From: Deltaproteobacteria bacterium
GTDB lineage: Bacteria; Myxococcota_A; UBA9160; UBA4427
NCBI GenBank assembly: GCA_016713665.1
Contig: JADJOR010000005.1
Span: 103,333-167,332 of the forward strand
Direction of reading: 5' to 3'
Length of the DNA stretch: 64,000 nt
Position numbers and translations under genes: made by a program. Under the pieces are notes generated by a model that was not told where the DNA came from, did no database searches, and saw nothing but the letters and a program-made list of their open reading frames with translations. Below, piece after piece: positions 27,850-36,437 of this stretch. Every line of letters starts with the position of its first letter. The first letter of the stretch is position 1.

Positions 27850-28899
27850 ATGCCCAGTCCGGAAACGCTTCGCGTCTGCATCGGCTTCACACCGCTCACC
27901 GCCCCCCACTACCTCGAGCGGCTGCGCTCGATCCCGGGCGTCGAGCCGGTCGTGCTCCCGATCGACCCGGGCGGCGACTGGCTCTCGGTCTCGCCGGGCG
28001 AGCCCCATTCGGAGCCGCCGCCCTGGGCGAAGACCGTCGCCCGCGAGCGCGAAGCCGCCCTCGCCTCGGCCCACGTCCTGATGGCGCTGCATACGCCGGA
28101 TCGCCTCTCCGAGCGCGCGCCGGGCCTGCGCTGGGTCCAGGGCGCCGGGGCGGGGGTCGAGCAGTTCGGCAAGGCGGGGATCGCGAAGGACCGCGTCGTC
28201 CTGACGAATTGCTCCGGGCTCTCGTCGGGATCGATGGCGGAGTGGGTGATCGGCCGCCTGCTGCAGGTCTGGAAGCGGCTGCGGGAAGCGGACGAGTTCC
28301 AGCGGGCCCACCGCTTCGAGCGCAGCTATGGCCGGACCTTCGCCGGCTCGACCATCGGCATCGTCGGCCTGGGCCACATCGGCCGCGCCGTCGCCGTCCG
28401 CGCCCGGGCCTTCGGCTGTCGCATCCTGGGATCGCGGCGCACGGTGCGCCCCGGCGATACCGACCCCGACGTCGATCAGCTCTATCCGACGGCCGGGCTC
28501 CACGAGATGCTCGCCCTCTGCGACGCGGTCGTCGTGGCGGCACCAGCGACGGCGGATACCTACCACTTGATCGACAGGAAGGCGCTGGCGGCGATGCCGC
28601 GGCGGGCGGTGCTCGTGAACGTCGCCCGGGGATCGCTCGTCGACGAGGCGGAGCTCGCGCGGGTCATGCAGGAGGAGCCGCTCGCCGCCGCAATCCTCGA
28701 CGTCTTCGATCCCGAGCCCCTCGATCCGGCGAGTCCGCTCTGGGACATCCCGAACGTCTTCATCTCGGCCCACTCGTCGGTCTCGGTCGATCGCTACATG
28801 GACGACGTCTTCGAGCTGTTCTTCGACAACGTGAAGCGCTTCCGCGCGGGCGAGCCGCTGCGAAACCAGGTCGACATGAAGGCGGTGGGATTCGAGTGA
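27850..28899 (+). CDS. D-isomer-specific 2-hydroxyacid dehydrogenase family protein
   Basis: 349 aa from ATG 27850. NAD motif IGIVGLGHIGRAVA, and the catalytic-region pattern VNVARGSLVDE ... SAHSS. Confidence 0.85.
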   Translation: MPSPETLRVCIGFTPLTAPHYLERLRSIPGVEPVVLPIDPGGDWLSVSPGEPHSEPPPWAKTVAREREAALASAHVLMALHTPDRLSERAPGLRWVQGAGAGVEQFGKAGIAKDRVVLTNCSGLSSGSMAEWVIGRLLQVWKRLREADEFQRAHRFERSYGRTFAGSTIGIVGLGHIGRAVAVRARAFGCRILGSRRTVRPGDTDPDVDQLYPTAGLHEMLALCDAVVVAAPATADTYHLIDRKALAAMPRRAVLVNVARGSLVDEAELARVMQEEPLAAAILDVFDPEPLDPASPLWDIPNVFISAHSSVSVDRYMDDVFELFFDNVKRFRAGEPLRNQVDMKAVGFE

Positions 28900-28963
28900 C
28901 GCGCGTGCCGCGCCGCGGGACGAGACGTCCTCGCGGCGGCGGGCCCCGATGGGGAGGCGGCGA

Positions 28964-29371
28964 ATGCGGACGGGAAGCTGTCTCTGTGGATCGATTCGCT
29001 ATGCGGTGAAGGGTCCGATCGGGCCCGTCGACCACTGCCACTGCTCGATGTGTCGCCGGGCCCATGGCGCACCGTTCTCGACCTTCGGACGCATCCGACG
29101 CAGCGACCTCGAGCTGACGGCGGGGGCGGAGCTGCTGACGGGCTACGCCTCGTCGGAGGCCGTCGTCCGATCGTTCTGCGCCCGCTGCGGCTCACGGCTC
29201 TTCTTCCGCCACGCCGCCCTCCCGGAGCACGAGTTCGTCACGACCGAGAGCCTCGACGACGCGGCGGGAATCGAGCCCGAAGCCCACATCTTCGTCGGAT
29301 CGAAGGCGAGCTGGTACACGATCACGGACGCCCTGCCTCAGCACGAGGGCTATCCATTCGGAGACGACTGA
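28964..29371 (+). CDS. GFA (glutathione-dependent formaldehyde-activating/CENP-V) family protein
   Basis: Cys clusters CLCGSIRY, CHCSMCRRAHG and CARCGSRL. ATG 28964 preferred (SD ggagg 6 nt upstream); alternative ATG at 28949. Confidence 0.8.
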   Translation: MRTGSCLCGSIRYAVKGPIGPVDHCHCSMCRRAHGAPFSTFGRIRRSDLELTAGAELLTGYASSEAVVRSFCARCGSRLFFRHAALPEHEFVTTESLDDAAGIEPEAHIFVGSKASWYTITDALPQHEGYPFGDD

Positions 29372-29438
29372 GCGGGTTCGGGATACGAGGATCGAGCGGG
29401 ACGGAAGGAAGGGCGAGCGGAGCGTGATGAAGGGCCGA

Positions 29439-29690
29439 TCAGCCCTCGGCCGCCATCGGGAGCTCGAGGCGGATCATCGAGGAGACGGAAGAGGCGACCG
29501 AGGAGGGGCGGAGCTCGCTCTTGAGCGCGTCCTGGACGACCTGTGCGACGTTGCTCCGGCAACCCCCGCAGCGCATCCCAGCGCCGGTCTCCCGGGCGAC
29601 CTCGCGCAGCGAGCAGGCGCCGTTCTTGACGGCGCGCTTGATCTGGCGATCGGAGACTCCACGGCAGTGGCAAACGAGCATCGTGTCCAT
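29439..29690 (-). CDS. bfd: Bacterioferritin-associated ferredoxin, (2Fe-2S)-binding
   Basis: 83-aa ORF. MLVCHCRGVSDRQIKRAV ... GAGMRCGGC matches the Bfd Cys pattern. Confidence 0.8.
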   Translation of the reverse strand: MDTMLVCHCRGVSDRQIKRAVKNGACSLREVARETGAGMRCGGCRSNVAQVVQDALKSELRPSSVASSVSSMIRLELPMAAEG

Positions 29691-29727
29691 CCAGTCCCGT
29701 TCGAGGTGACCGCATTCTACGAGCCGG

Positions 29728-29746
29728 GAAAATGAAAATCAATGTC
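29728..29746. promoter_or_regulatory. Fur-box-like operator upstream of bfd
   Basis: gaaaatgaaaatcaatgtc matches the 19-bp Fur consensus GATAATGATAATCATTATC at 15/19 positions, 38-56 nt upstream of the bfd start. AT-rich in an otherwise GC-rich region. Confidence 0.5.
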
Positions 29747-30028
29747 GATTTCACCGGCCCTGGCGAAAATGATCGGTGAGCGGGCCCCGGAGCTGAGCAG
29801 GAATCGGGGCGCAGGCCCGGGGCGATCGAGCGAATGCGTTCGCGTTGCGGACCGAAGGGCTTGCGGACCACCGCTCGACCCGGATCGCGCGGTCGCCAAG
29901 GCGTTGACCCCTCGGGGCCAAAGGTCCATCCTGCAGCCAGCCCGGTCGCAGGGCGCGCGGCGGCCAGGGCCCATCGGGACCGTGCCGGCCAAATGCCCAG
30001 GACCGGTGAGCGTCGAAAAGGAGCCCGA

Positions 30029-30499
30029 ATGACCTCGGATGAGCTCGTCGAGATCGAGCGGATCAAGCAGCTGAAGGCCCGCTACTTCCTCTTGATGGAC
30101 CAGAAGCGCTGGTCGGAGTGGGCGAACGTCTTCTGCGTCGACTGCACGATCGACACGACCCAGGACGACTCGCCCCTGCTGCGCGGGCGCCAGGCCTTCG
30201 TCGACTTCCTGCCCCCGATCCTCGAAGGGGTGAAGACCTGCCACCACGGCCATACGCCGATCATCGAGCTCTCGAGCCCGACCACCGCCGTCGGGACCTG
30301 GGCGATGGAGGACATGCTCTGGTTTCCGGAGGGCAGCCCGCGGCGCACGCTCTGGGGCGTCGGCTGGTACTACGAGCGCTACCGCAAGGATCCCGACGGC
30401 GAGTGGCGGATCCTCGAGCTGAAGCTCCGGCGCATCCGGGTGGAGGTCGACGGCCGCGAGATCTTCGCGCCGAGCGCGCCCGAGCGCGGGCATCATTAG
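30029..30499 (+). CDS. NTF2 family (SnoaL_4-like) protein
   Basis: 156 aa from ATG 30029 (SD aaaggag upstream). Pattern IERIKQLKARYFLLMDQKRW ... YYERYRKDPDGEWRI. Confidence 0.75.
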   Translation: MTSDELVEIERIKQLKARYFLLMDQKRWSEWANVFCVDCTIDTTQDDSPLLRGRQAFVDFLPPILEGVKTCHHGHTPIIELSSPTTAVGTWAMEDMLWFPEGSPRRTLWGVGWYYERYRKDPDGEWRILELKLRRIRVEVDGREIFAPSAPERGHH

Positions 30500-30556
30500 T
30501 CGGGTCACGGCCCGTCCCGGCGCAGCCGGTCACGACGGGCGAAGGAGGTTCGTACG

Positions 30557-31177
30557 ATGGGTCGACTGGAAGAGATCGCCGGCCGGGGCAAGACCGCCGT
30601 CCTCACGATGGAGATGCAGCGCGGGGTCGTAGGCGATCTCGCCGTGATCCGCGCGCTCGCGGACGTGGTGACCTCGGACGGGATCCCGAAGCGGCTGGGC
30701 GCCCTCGTCGACGGGGCGCGCGCCGCGGGGGTCCCCGTCGTCCATTGCCGCGCCGCCTTCCGGCGCGATCGCAAGGGCAGCTTCTTCAACATCCCGCTCG
30801 TGAACCGGATGCTCGAGGATCCGAACTATCTCGTGCTGGGCGAGCCCGCGGCCGACGTGATTCCCGAGCTCGGCCCCGATCCGCGCGACCTCGACACCGT
30901 CCGCACCCACGGCATGTCGCCCTTCCACGGCACGAACCTCGACATGGGGCTCCGCTCGCTCGGCGTCGAGACGGTCGTCGCGACGGGCGTCTCGCTCAAC
31001 GTCGGGATCCCGGGCGTCGTGATCGAGGCGCTCAATCACGGCTACAACGTCGTGCTCGTGACGGATTGCGTGGCCGGCTATCCCGTCGACTACGCCAGAC
31101 AAGTCGTCGAGCACGGCCTCGGACGCATCACGACCAAAGCGACCGCGCAGCAGCTGCTCGATCTCTGGGGCGTCTGA
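30557..31177 (+). CDS. Isochorismatase-family cysteine hydrolase
   Basis: 206-aa ORF with SD gaaggagg upstream. Pattern TAVLTMEMQRG ... VVATGVSLNVGIPG ... LVTDCVAG is typical of the family. Confidence 0.85.
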   Translation: MGRLEEIAGRGKTAVLTMEMQRGVVGDLAVIRALADVVTSDGIPKRLGALVDGARAAGVPVVHCRAAFRRDRKGSFFNIPLVNRMLEDPNYLVLGEPAADVIPELGPDPRDLDTVRTHGMSPFHGTNLDMGLRSLGVETVVATGVSLNVGIPGVVIEALNHGYNVVLVTDCVAGYPVDYARQVVEHGLGRITTKATAQQLLDLWGV

Positions 31178-31213
31178 GGCGACATCCGCGCCCGGATCCC
31201 AGGCCGGCGCGGA

Positions 31214-32089
31214 TCACGCGAGATAGGAATGCTCGTCGATCGGCGCCTCGCCGCGGCCGATCTTCTCGGCCCGCATGCGGAGCGTCTCGCCCGCGCCTTC
31301 GATGCCGATCATCGAGACGAATTTCTCGGCCTCGAGGTCCTTCATCAGGCTCTCGGCGAGCACGTCGAGATCCTGGAACTGGATCTCCATGCCCGACTCC
31401 TCGGCCGCCTTCATGAAGGCGCCCATCAGGTCCTCGGGCTGGCCCGACGGCTTCTCCCGCGCGAGCTCCGCCGGCCGATTCCGATCACAGCTCCAGATCC
31501 CGGTCTTGAGAACGCCGCCCGCCGGATAGAAGATCGTCGCCTTGAGCTGCGGATGCTGGGCCCGCAGCTGGGTCTCGAGACATTCCGTGATGATCGAGAC
31601 GCAGGCCTTGCTCGAGGCGTAGACCGATTGTCCGCCGAGGGGCGCGATGCCGCCGTCGCCGGACGACGTGTTGATGATCCGGCCGGGCTCACCGCCGGCG
31701 ATCATGCGCGGCACGAAGGCCTGGATGCCGTGGACGACGCCCATGACGTTGACGCCGTGGACCCACTTCCAGTCGTTGACCGTCGTCTCCCAGACGTTGA
31801 CCGAAGGCGCCCCGACCCCCGCGTTGTTGAAGAGCAGATGACACGCGCCGTGGATCGCGTAGACCTGCTGCGCCAGCGCTTCGACCGACTCGGGCTTCGA
31901 GACGTCGGTCCGGACGCCCCGCACGTCGCCGAGCGGCGCGAGCTCGCGGACCGCCCGGTCGAGGGCGCCCTGCTCGACGTCGGAGACGACCACCCGCACG
32001 CCCTTGCGAAGCAGCGCCTTCGCGATCGCCCGCCCGATGTCCCCCGCGCCGCCCGTCACGACGGCGACCTTGCCCTTCCATGCCTTCAT
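31214..32089 (-). CDS. SDR family oxidoreductase
   Basis: 291-aa ORF. TGxxxGIG motif (VAVVTGGAGDIGRA), NNAG, and YxxxK (YASSK). Confidence 0.9.
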   Translation of the reverse strand: MKAWKGKVAVVTGGAGDIGRAIAKALLRKGVRVVVSDVEQGALDRAVRELAPLGDVRGVRTDVSKPESVEALAQQVYAIHGACHLLFNNAGVGAPSVNVWETTVNDWKWVHGVNVMGVVHGIQAFVPRMIAGGEPGRIINTSSGDGGIAPLGGQSVYASSKACVSIITECLETQLRAQHPQLKATIFYPAGGVLKTGIWSCDRNRPAELAREKPSGQPEDLMGAFMKAAEESGMEIQFQDLDVLAESLMKDLEAEKFVSMIGIEGAGETLRMRAEKIGRGEAPIDEHSYLA

Positions 32090-32120
32090 CGCATTCTCCT
32101 CTCGCTGCCCGCTGGCGACC

Positions 32121-33083
32121 TCAGACGCCCGCCGTCTTCATGACGCGCTCGACCCAGAGCTCGCTGCGCTGATTGAACGCAGCCGACATCTTCGTCGGCA
32201 GCGCCTGGAAGCCATGGGGCGAGTCCGGAAAGACCTGGAGCTCGACGTCGACGCCTGCACACGCGAGCAGCGGCGCCAGGAAGAGCGAGTCGTCACGCAG
32301 ATGGTCGAAGCTCCCGACCGAGATCAGCGTCGAAGGCAGCCCCGCGAGCGGCGCGTAGAGCGGTGAGATGTCGGGCGCCCGGCGCGCCTGCTCGCTCATG
32401 CCCGGAGTGAAGCACTCGACCATGAAGCGCAGGCCCCCCGGGTCGAGCATGTCGGGATGACCCCCGTTGCCGGCCTGGGAAGGCGTTCCGTTCACGTCGT
32501 ACCAGCCGAAGACGAGATTGAGGCCGAGCAGGCGATCGGCGGCCTTCAGGCGATCGCGCACGCGCAGGCCGGTGACCAGGGTCAGATGACCGCCGGCCGA
32601 TTCGCCGCCGATGAAGAGCCGGTCGGAGCCGAACTCGCTCTGGCCCTTCTCGAGCAGCCAGGCCGCAGCGGCCTGGCAATCGTCGGGACCCGCCGGATAG
32701 GGATGCTCGGGCGCGAGGCGATAGTCGACGGAGAGGACGGCCAGGTCGAAGCGATCGGCGAGCCGCTCGTTCGTCGCGTCGCCCATCTCGGGCGTGCCGA
32801 GGATCCAGCCCCCGCCGTGGATGTGGAGATAGAGGCCGCGCGCCTTGCCCTTCGGCCGGAAGAGCCGGACCGGAATCGGACCGGCAGGTCCGGGGATCGT
32901 CGTCGCGACGGCCTTCGCCGACTTCGGGGCGTTGGCCGTGACGGTCTGGAAGCCCTCGCGGATCTGGCGGGCCCGCGAGCGGGCATCGAGCGATGCGTCG
33001 GGCTGGATCAGCGCAGGCAGGAACTGGAGCATGTTGCGGGCTTCATCGCGATATCCCTCGAGCTGCGCGTCCCAGAGCTTCAT
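32121..33083 (-). CDS. Alpha/beta hydrolase, hormone-sensitive-lipase-type esterase
   Basis: HGGG motif (LHIHGGGWILG) and GESAGG nucleophile elbow. Start moved to ATG 33081-33083 (MKLWDAQ), which has SD aggagg 7 nt upstream. The track ORF extends to 33140. Confidence 0.85.
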   Translation of the reverse strand: MKLWDAQLEGYRDEARNMLQFLPALIQPDASLDARSRARQIREGFQTVTANAPKSAKAVATTIPGPAGPIPVRLFRPKGKARGLYLHIHGGGWILGTPEMGDATNERLADRFDLAVLSVDYRLAPEHPYPAGPDDCQAAAAWLLEKGQSEFGSDRLFIGGESAGGHLTLVTGLRVRDRLKAADRLLGLNLVFGWYDVNGTPSQAGNGGHPDMLDPGGLRFMVECFTPGMSEQARRAPDISPLYAPLAGLPSTLISVGSFDHLRDDSLFLAPLLACAGVDVELQVFPDSPHGFQALPTKMSAAFNQRSELWVERVMKTAGV

Positions 33084-33334
33084 CGATCGGGCCTCCTGAT
33101 CAGGGACCGGCAAGTCTAGTCCGACGATCCTGGAATTCACCTACCCGCCCCGCGTGCAACGATATGTCGCGGTCACGCCCGTCGGACGCCTGGCGAGCGG
33201 CTGTGTCGCGCCTCACGCCCGTCGCTGCCACAGAAATGCGGATCGGCGCTTCGACTCGTTTCAATCGGGACGGAAGAAGCCCTCAAGCAATCCATCGAGG
33301 TTCCGATAGTTGGCCCGCAACAAAGGAGCCCCCC

Positions 33335-33652
33335 ATGCGATCCCCCTCACATTTCGTTTTCATGACTCTCGTCTCGTGCATCGGCCTTGCCGTCTCGAGC
33401 ACCGCCTTCGCGGGAAGCGCCGACCAGACCGGCACGATCGATCCCGCCTCGTTCCACACGATCACCCGCGTCGACTTCGGTGATGCCCACGAGAAGCTGG
33501 CGGCGTCCCGCGTCGACGAGCGCCTCAGCCTGAGCCTCTCGGGTCCGACGTCGATGGAGTGCTCGAACAACGCCGAGACCGGCTACGAGACCTGCATCGT
33601 GCGCACCCAGGCCGCGACTTCCTCGATGCCCGCCGCGATGGCCCAGAACTGA
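33335..33652 (+). CDS. Small hypothetical secreted protein
   Basis: 105 aa from ATG 33335 (SD aaaggag upstream). Signal peptide MRSPSHFVFMTLVSCIGLAVSSTAFA. No family recognised. Confidence 0.5.
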   Translation: MRSPSHFVFMTLVSCIGLAVSSTAFAGSADQTGTIDPASFHTITRVDFGDAHEKLAASRVDERLSLSLSGPTSMECSNNAETGYETCIVRTQAATSSMPAAMAQN

Positions 33653-33807
33653 GACTCGGCGGGCGCGGTCCCTCCGGATCGCGCCCGCCTGGCCCGTTTG
33701 CGCAGAGCCTCGGGCCTCGCCCGGTCGGGTCGACGTGAGTCGGGTCGGCTTGGTCGGCGGCCCGGTTCTGCGGCATCCTGCGCGGTCCCCTGCGGAGGAG
33801 TCCGGGC

Positions 33808-34167
33808 TTGACGTTCGTCCCCGTCGCGCGACTCGATCAGATTCCGGAAGAGCGCGGCATGCGCGTCAAGGTCGGTGAGCTCGCCTTCGCGCTCTACCGC
33901 GTCGGCGACGCGATCCACGCGATGGAAGACGCGTGCCCCCATGCGGGCTTCCCCCTCTCGAAGGGGCGCTTCGTCGACGGCGTCATCGTCTGCGCGGCCC
34001 ACGGCCTCTGCTACGACGTGCGCACGGGCCAGAACCCCGAGAACGCCGACGGCTTCCCGATCCCCTGCTTCCGGGTCCGGATCGAGAAGGGCATGGTCGA
34101 GGTCGATCTCGACGATCGCATCAACGATCCGCGCCGCGAGCGGGCGCAGCGCCGCGATCGCGACTGA
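33808..34167 (+). CDS. Rieske (2Fe-2S) domain protein, NirD/small ferredoxin-like
   Basis: 119-aa ORF (TTG start). Rieske ligand motifs CPHAGFPL and CAAHGLCY. Confidence 0.75.
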   Translation: MTFVPVARLDQIPEERGMRVKVGELAFALYRVGDAIHAMEDACPHAGFPLSKGRFVDGVIVCAAHGLCYDVRTGQNPENADGFPIPCFRVRIEKGMVEVDLDDRINDPRRERAQRRDRD

Positions 34168-34191
34168 GACCGGTCACGAGGCGGACCGGAT

Positions 34192-35055
34192 CTACCAGAA
34201 GCTGGGATGGATCTGGTGCGGCGGGATCTTGGGCAGGATCTCGGCGTGGATCTCGGGCAGCAGCGACCAGTGGACGCCGGGGCGCAGGTGATGCGCCGTG
34301 TGCAGGCCGAGATTGCAGGTCAGATAGTTGTAGACCGGGCTCGTGTTGTTGAAGCTCGCGTCGTAGTGGCTCGTCGGGTAGAAGCCGGCGTGGTGCTCGT
34401 AGGTCGCCCAGGCCGTGTGGACCAGGGTCAGGAAGCCGGGGAGCAGGATCGCGAGGAAGGCGTTGATCGGGTTCCACCAGAGCGCGAGCCCGAGGATCGT
34501 CCAGAGCGGAACCTTCATCCAGAGGAACGGGCGCAGGTAGCGGCGATGCCGCAGGCCGAGGCGCACGATGTCGATCTGATGATGGAGCACCAGGTCGATC
34601 GTGTACTCGACGCGGCCCATCTGCGAGCCGTCGCGGCGCGTCCACTTCGATTCGTCCGGACGCGGATGCGGGCGCTGGTTCAAGTAGTTGACGTGGTGGC
34701 CCACGTTGTGATGGAGCACCCACGCGAACGGCGCGATGCCCGTCTGCAGCGCGAGCAGCAGGTCGTAGATCCGATTGAGCCACGGCGCGCGGAAGGTGTT
34801 GAGATGCTGGTGGTGGTGGTTGATCGGCGCGACGAACATGCTCCCGATCGCGAGCGGAACCACGCAGAGCGCGGCGACCCAGGTCGGCGCGAGGAAGAAG
34901 ACGAGGGCGTGGACGGCGAACATCGCGCAGACGTAGGCGACGGGTCGACGATCGGCGCGGTATTTGAGCAGGCGTCCGCTCGTCGGCGGCGGAGCGACAC
35001 GCAGAGACGGGGAAGGCGCAGCCTCGAGGGGCTCGAGATCGATCGCAGCACTCAT
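34192..35055 (-). CDS. Membrane fatty-acid desaturase/hydroxylase family protein
   Basis: Three histidine boxes (HHHQH, HHNVGHH, HTAHH) separated by hydrophobic segments. Start taken at ATG 35053-35055; the track ORF extends to 35112. Confidence 0.8.
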   Translation of the reverse strand: MSAAIDLEPLEAAPSPSLRVAPPPTSGRLLKYRADRRPVAYVCAMFAVHALVFFLAPTWVAALCVVPLAIGSMFVAPINHHHQHLNTFRAPWLNRIYDLLLALQTGIAPFAWVLHHNVGHHVNYLNQRPHPRPDESKWTRRDGSQMGRVEYTIDLVLHHQIDIVRLGLRHRRYLRPFLWMKVPLWTILGLALWWNPINAFLAILLPGFLTLVHTAWATYEHHAGFYPTSHYDASFNNTSPVYNYLTCNLGLHTAHHLRPGVHWSLLPEIHAEILPKIPPHQIHPSFW

Positions 35056-35229
35056 GGGAACGCTTGCACTCCGACATCGCTTCCGAGCGGGGGCGCTTTC
35101 GGAGGCTTCCATCTGGATTTGCGTCCAGACGCGGCGCGAGGTGTAGCCGAAATCGGAGGGCGGGCAAAGCTTGGAGGCGGGCTCCCGGCTCGTTTCCGCG
35201 TAAAGAGATGTGAAAGCTCGTGGCGCTCG

Positions 35230-36393
35230 CTACGAGCGCGCCGCGACCTTCCGCATGTCCGCGATCTGGCCCGACGTGTCGCCGAGCAGGACGTCGTTGT
35301 AGTGGCGGCCCCCTTCGTGATGGCCGCCCCCCGCCCGCGCGTAGCCGAGCAGGATGCAGCTGCGATACGGCCCGGCGCTGCCCGTCGGCGGCGGGGCGAC
35401 GTGAAGCACGTCGCCGTAGTGGATCGTGACGTCGCCGGCGCGGGCCTGGGGTGCGACGCCTCGCGGCGCGAGCGGCGAGTCCGCGTTCTGGTGGGGGAAC
35501 GACATCTGCCAGGAGCCGGGCAGGAATCGCAGCTCGCCCGCCTCGGGCGTGTTCGGCCCGAGGAAGACGCTGACGACGGCCGTCGGACACATGCTCGCAT
35601 GGCCACCGAGCCCGCAGTCGCGATGCCACGGCAGATCGCCGAGCCCCTCGAGGACGCCGGGCTGCTTCCAGAGCAGCGTCACACCGTCCTTCTCCTCGGC
35701 CCCGATCGGAAGCGTCATCGGCACTTCGCAGAGCGAAGCCAGGCGCTCGATCCGCGCGTCGCCATGGAGCGACCGCATCGTCGGAAGCTTCCCGGCCCGA
35801 AGCACGCGGCACAGCACGCTCGACCCGTCCTCGCGCTTGCCCCACCACGACTCCTGATCGCCCTCGCGCGCCTCGCGGTGCAGCGCCTCCGCCTCGGCCC
35901 CGAGCCGCGCGAGCTCCTCCGGCGAGAGCACGTCGCGCACGAACAGGAAGCCCGTCGTCCGCAGGAAATGCGCCATCTCCTCGCGATCGTCGTCGAGGCG
36001 GAACGAGCGGGTCGGATCGAGCGGCTCTCCCCGTCGATCGCACAGCTCGATCGCGCCCGGGTCGTAGACCGGCCGGCCCGTATAGAGCCAGCGCAGAGCG
36101 GGCTCCCACTGCATGAACTCCATCAGGTCCCCGGATTTCGCCTGCACCCGCCGTCCATAGATCAGCCCAGCCGTCGACTCGAGATCCCGGGTCAGTCCGT
36201 CGAAGCTGGCCTGGGCGAGGGAGACCCTCGTCCCGGCGTGTTCGACTCCGGGCGTGAGCACGACGCGCCCGTCGCGCATCGAGAAGGTGCAGGTCTCGCC
36301 GCTCTCGGCGATCTCGATCGCGAGGGGCGACAACGTCGCGGCGTAGGCCTCGGGGAGCCGCGGACCCGGCGGAGACTGGGGCGACCACTGCAT
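35230..36393 (-). CDS. Phytanoyl-CoA dioxygenase (PhyH)-like Fe(II)/2-oxoglutarate oxygenase with an extra N-terminal domain
   Basis: 387-aa ORF. HxD iron motif (LPWHRDCG) and a distal His (IHYGDVLH). The N-terminal roughly 120 aa are unassigned. Confidence 0.6.
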   Translation of the reverse strand: MQWSPQSPPGPRLPEAYAATLSPLAIEIAESGETCTFSMRDGRVVLTPGVEHAGTRVSLAQASFDGLTRDLESTAGLIYGRRVQAKSGDLMEFMQWEPALRWLYTGRPVYDPGAIELCDRRGEPLDPTRSFRLDDDREEMAHFLRTTGFLFVRDVLSPEELARLGAEAEALHREAREGDQESWWGKREDGSSVLCRVLRAGKLPTMRSLHGDARIERLASLCEVPMTLPIGAEEKDGVTLLWKQPGVLEGLGDLPWHRDCGLGGHASMCPTAVVSVFLGPNTPEAGELRFLPGSWQMSFPHQNADSPLAPRGVAPQARAGDVTIHYGDVLHVAPPPTGSAGPYRSCILLGYARAGGGHHEGGRHYNDVLLGDTSGQIADMRKVAARS

Positions 36394-36437
36394 GGCGAAG
36401 GACTCCTGGTACGGGGCGCTCGTGCTAGAAAAGCCTG

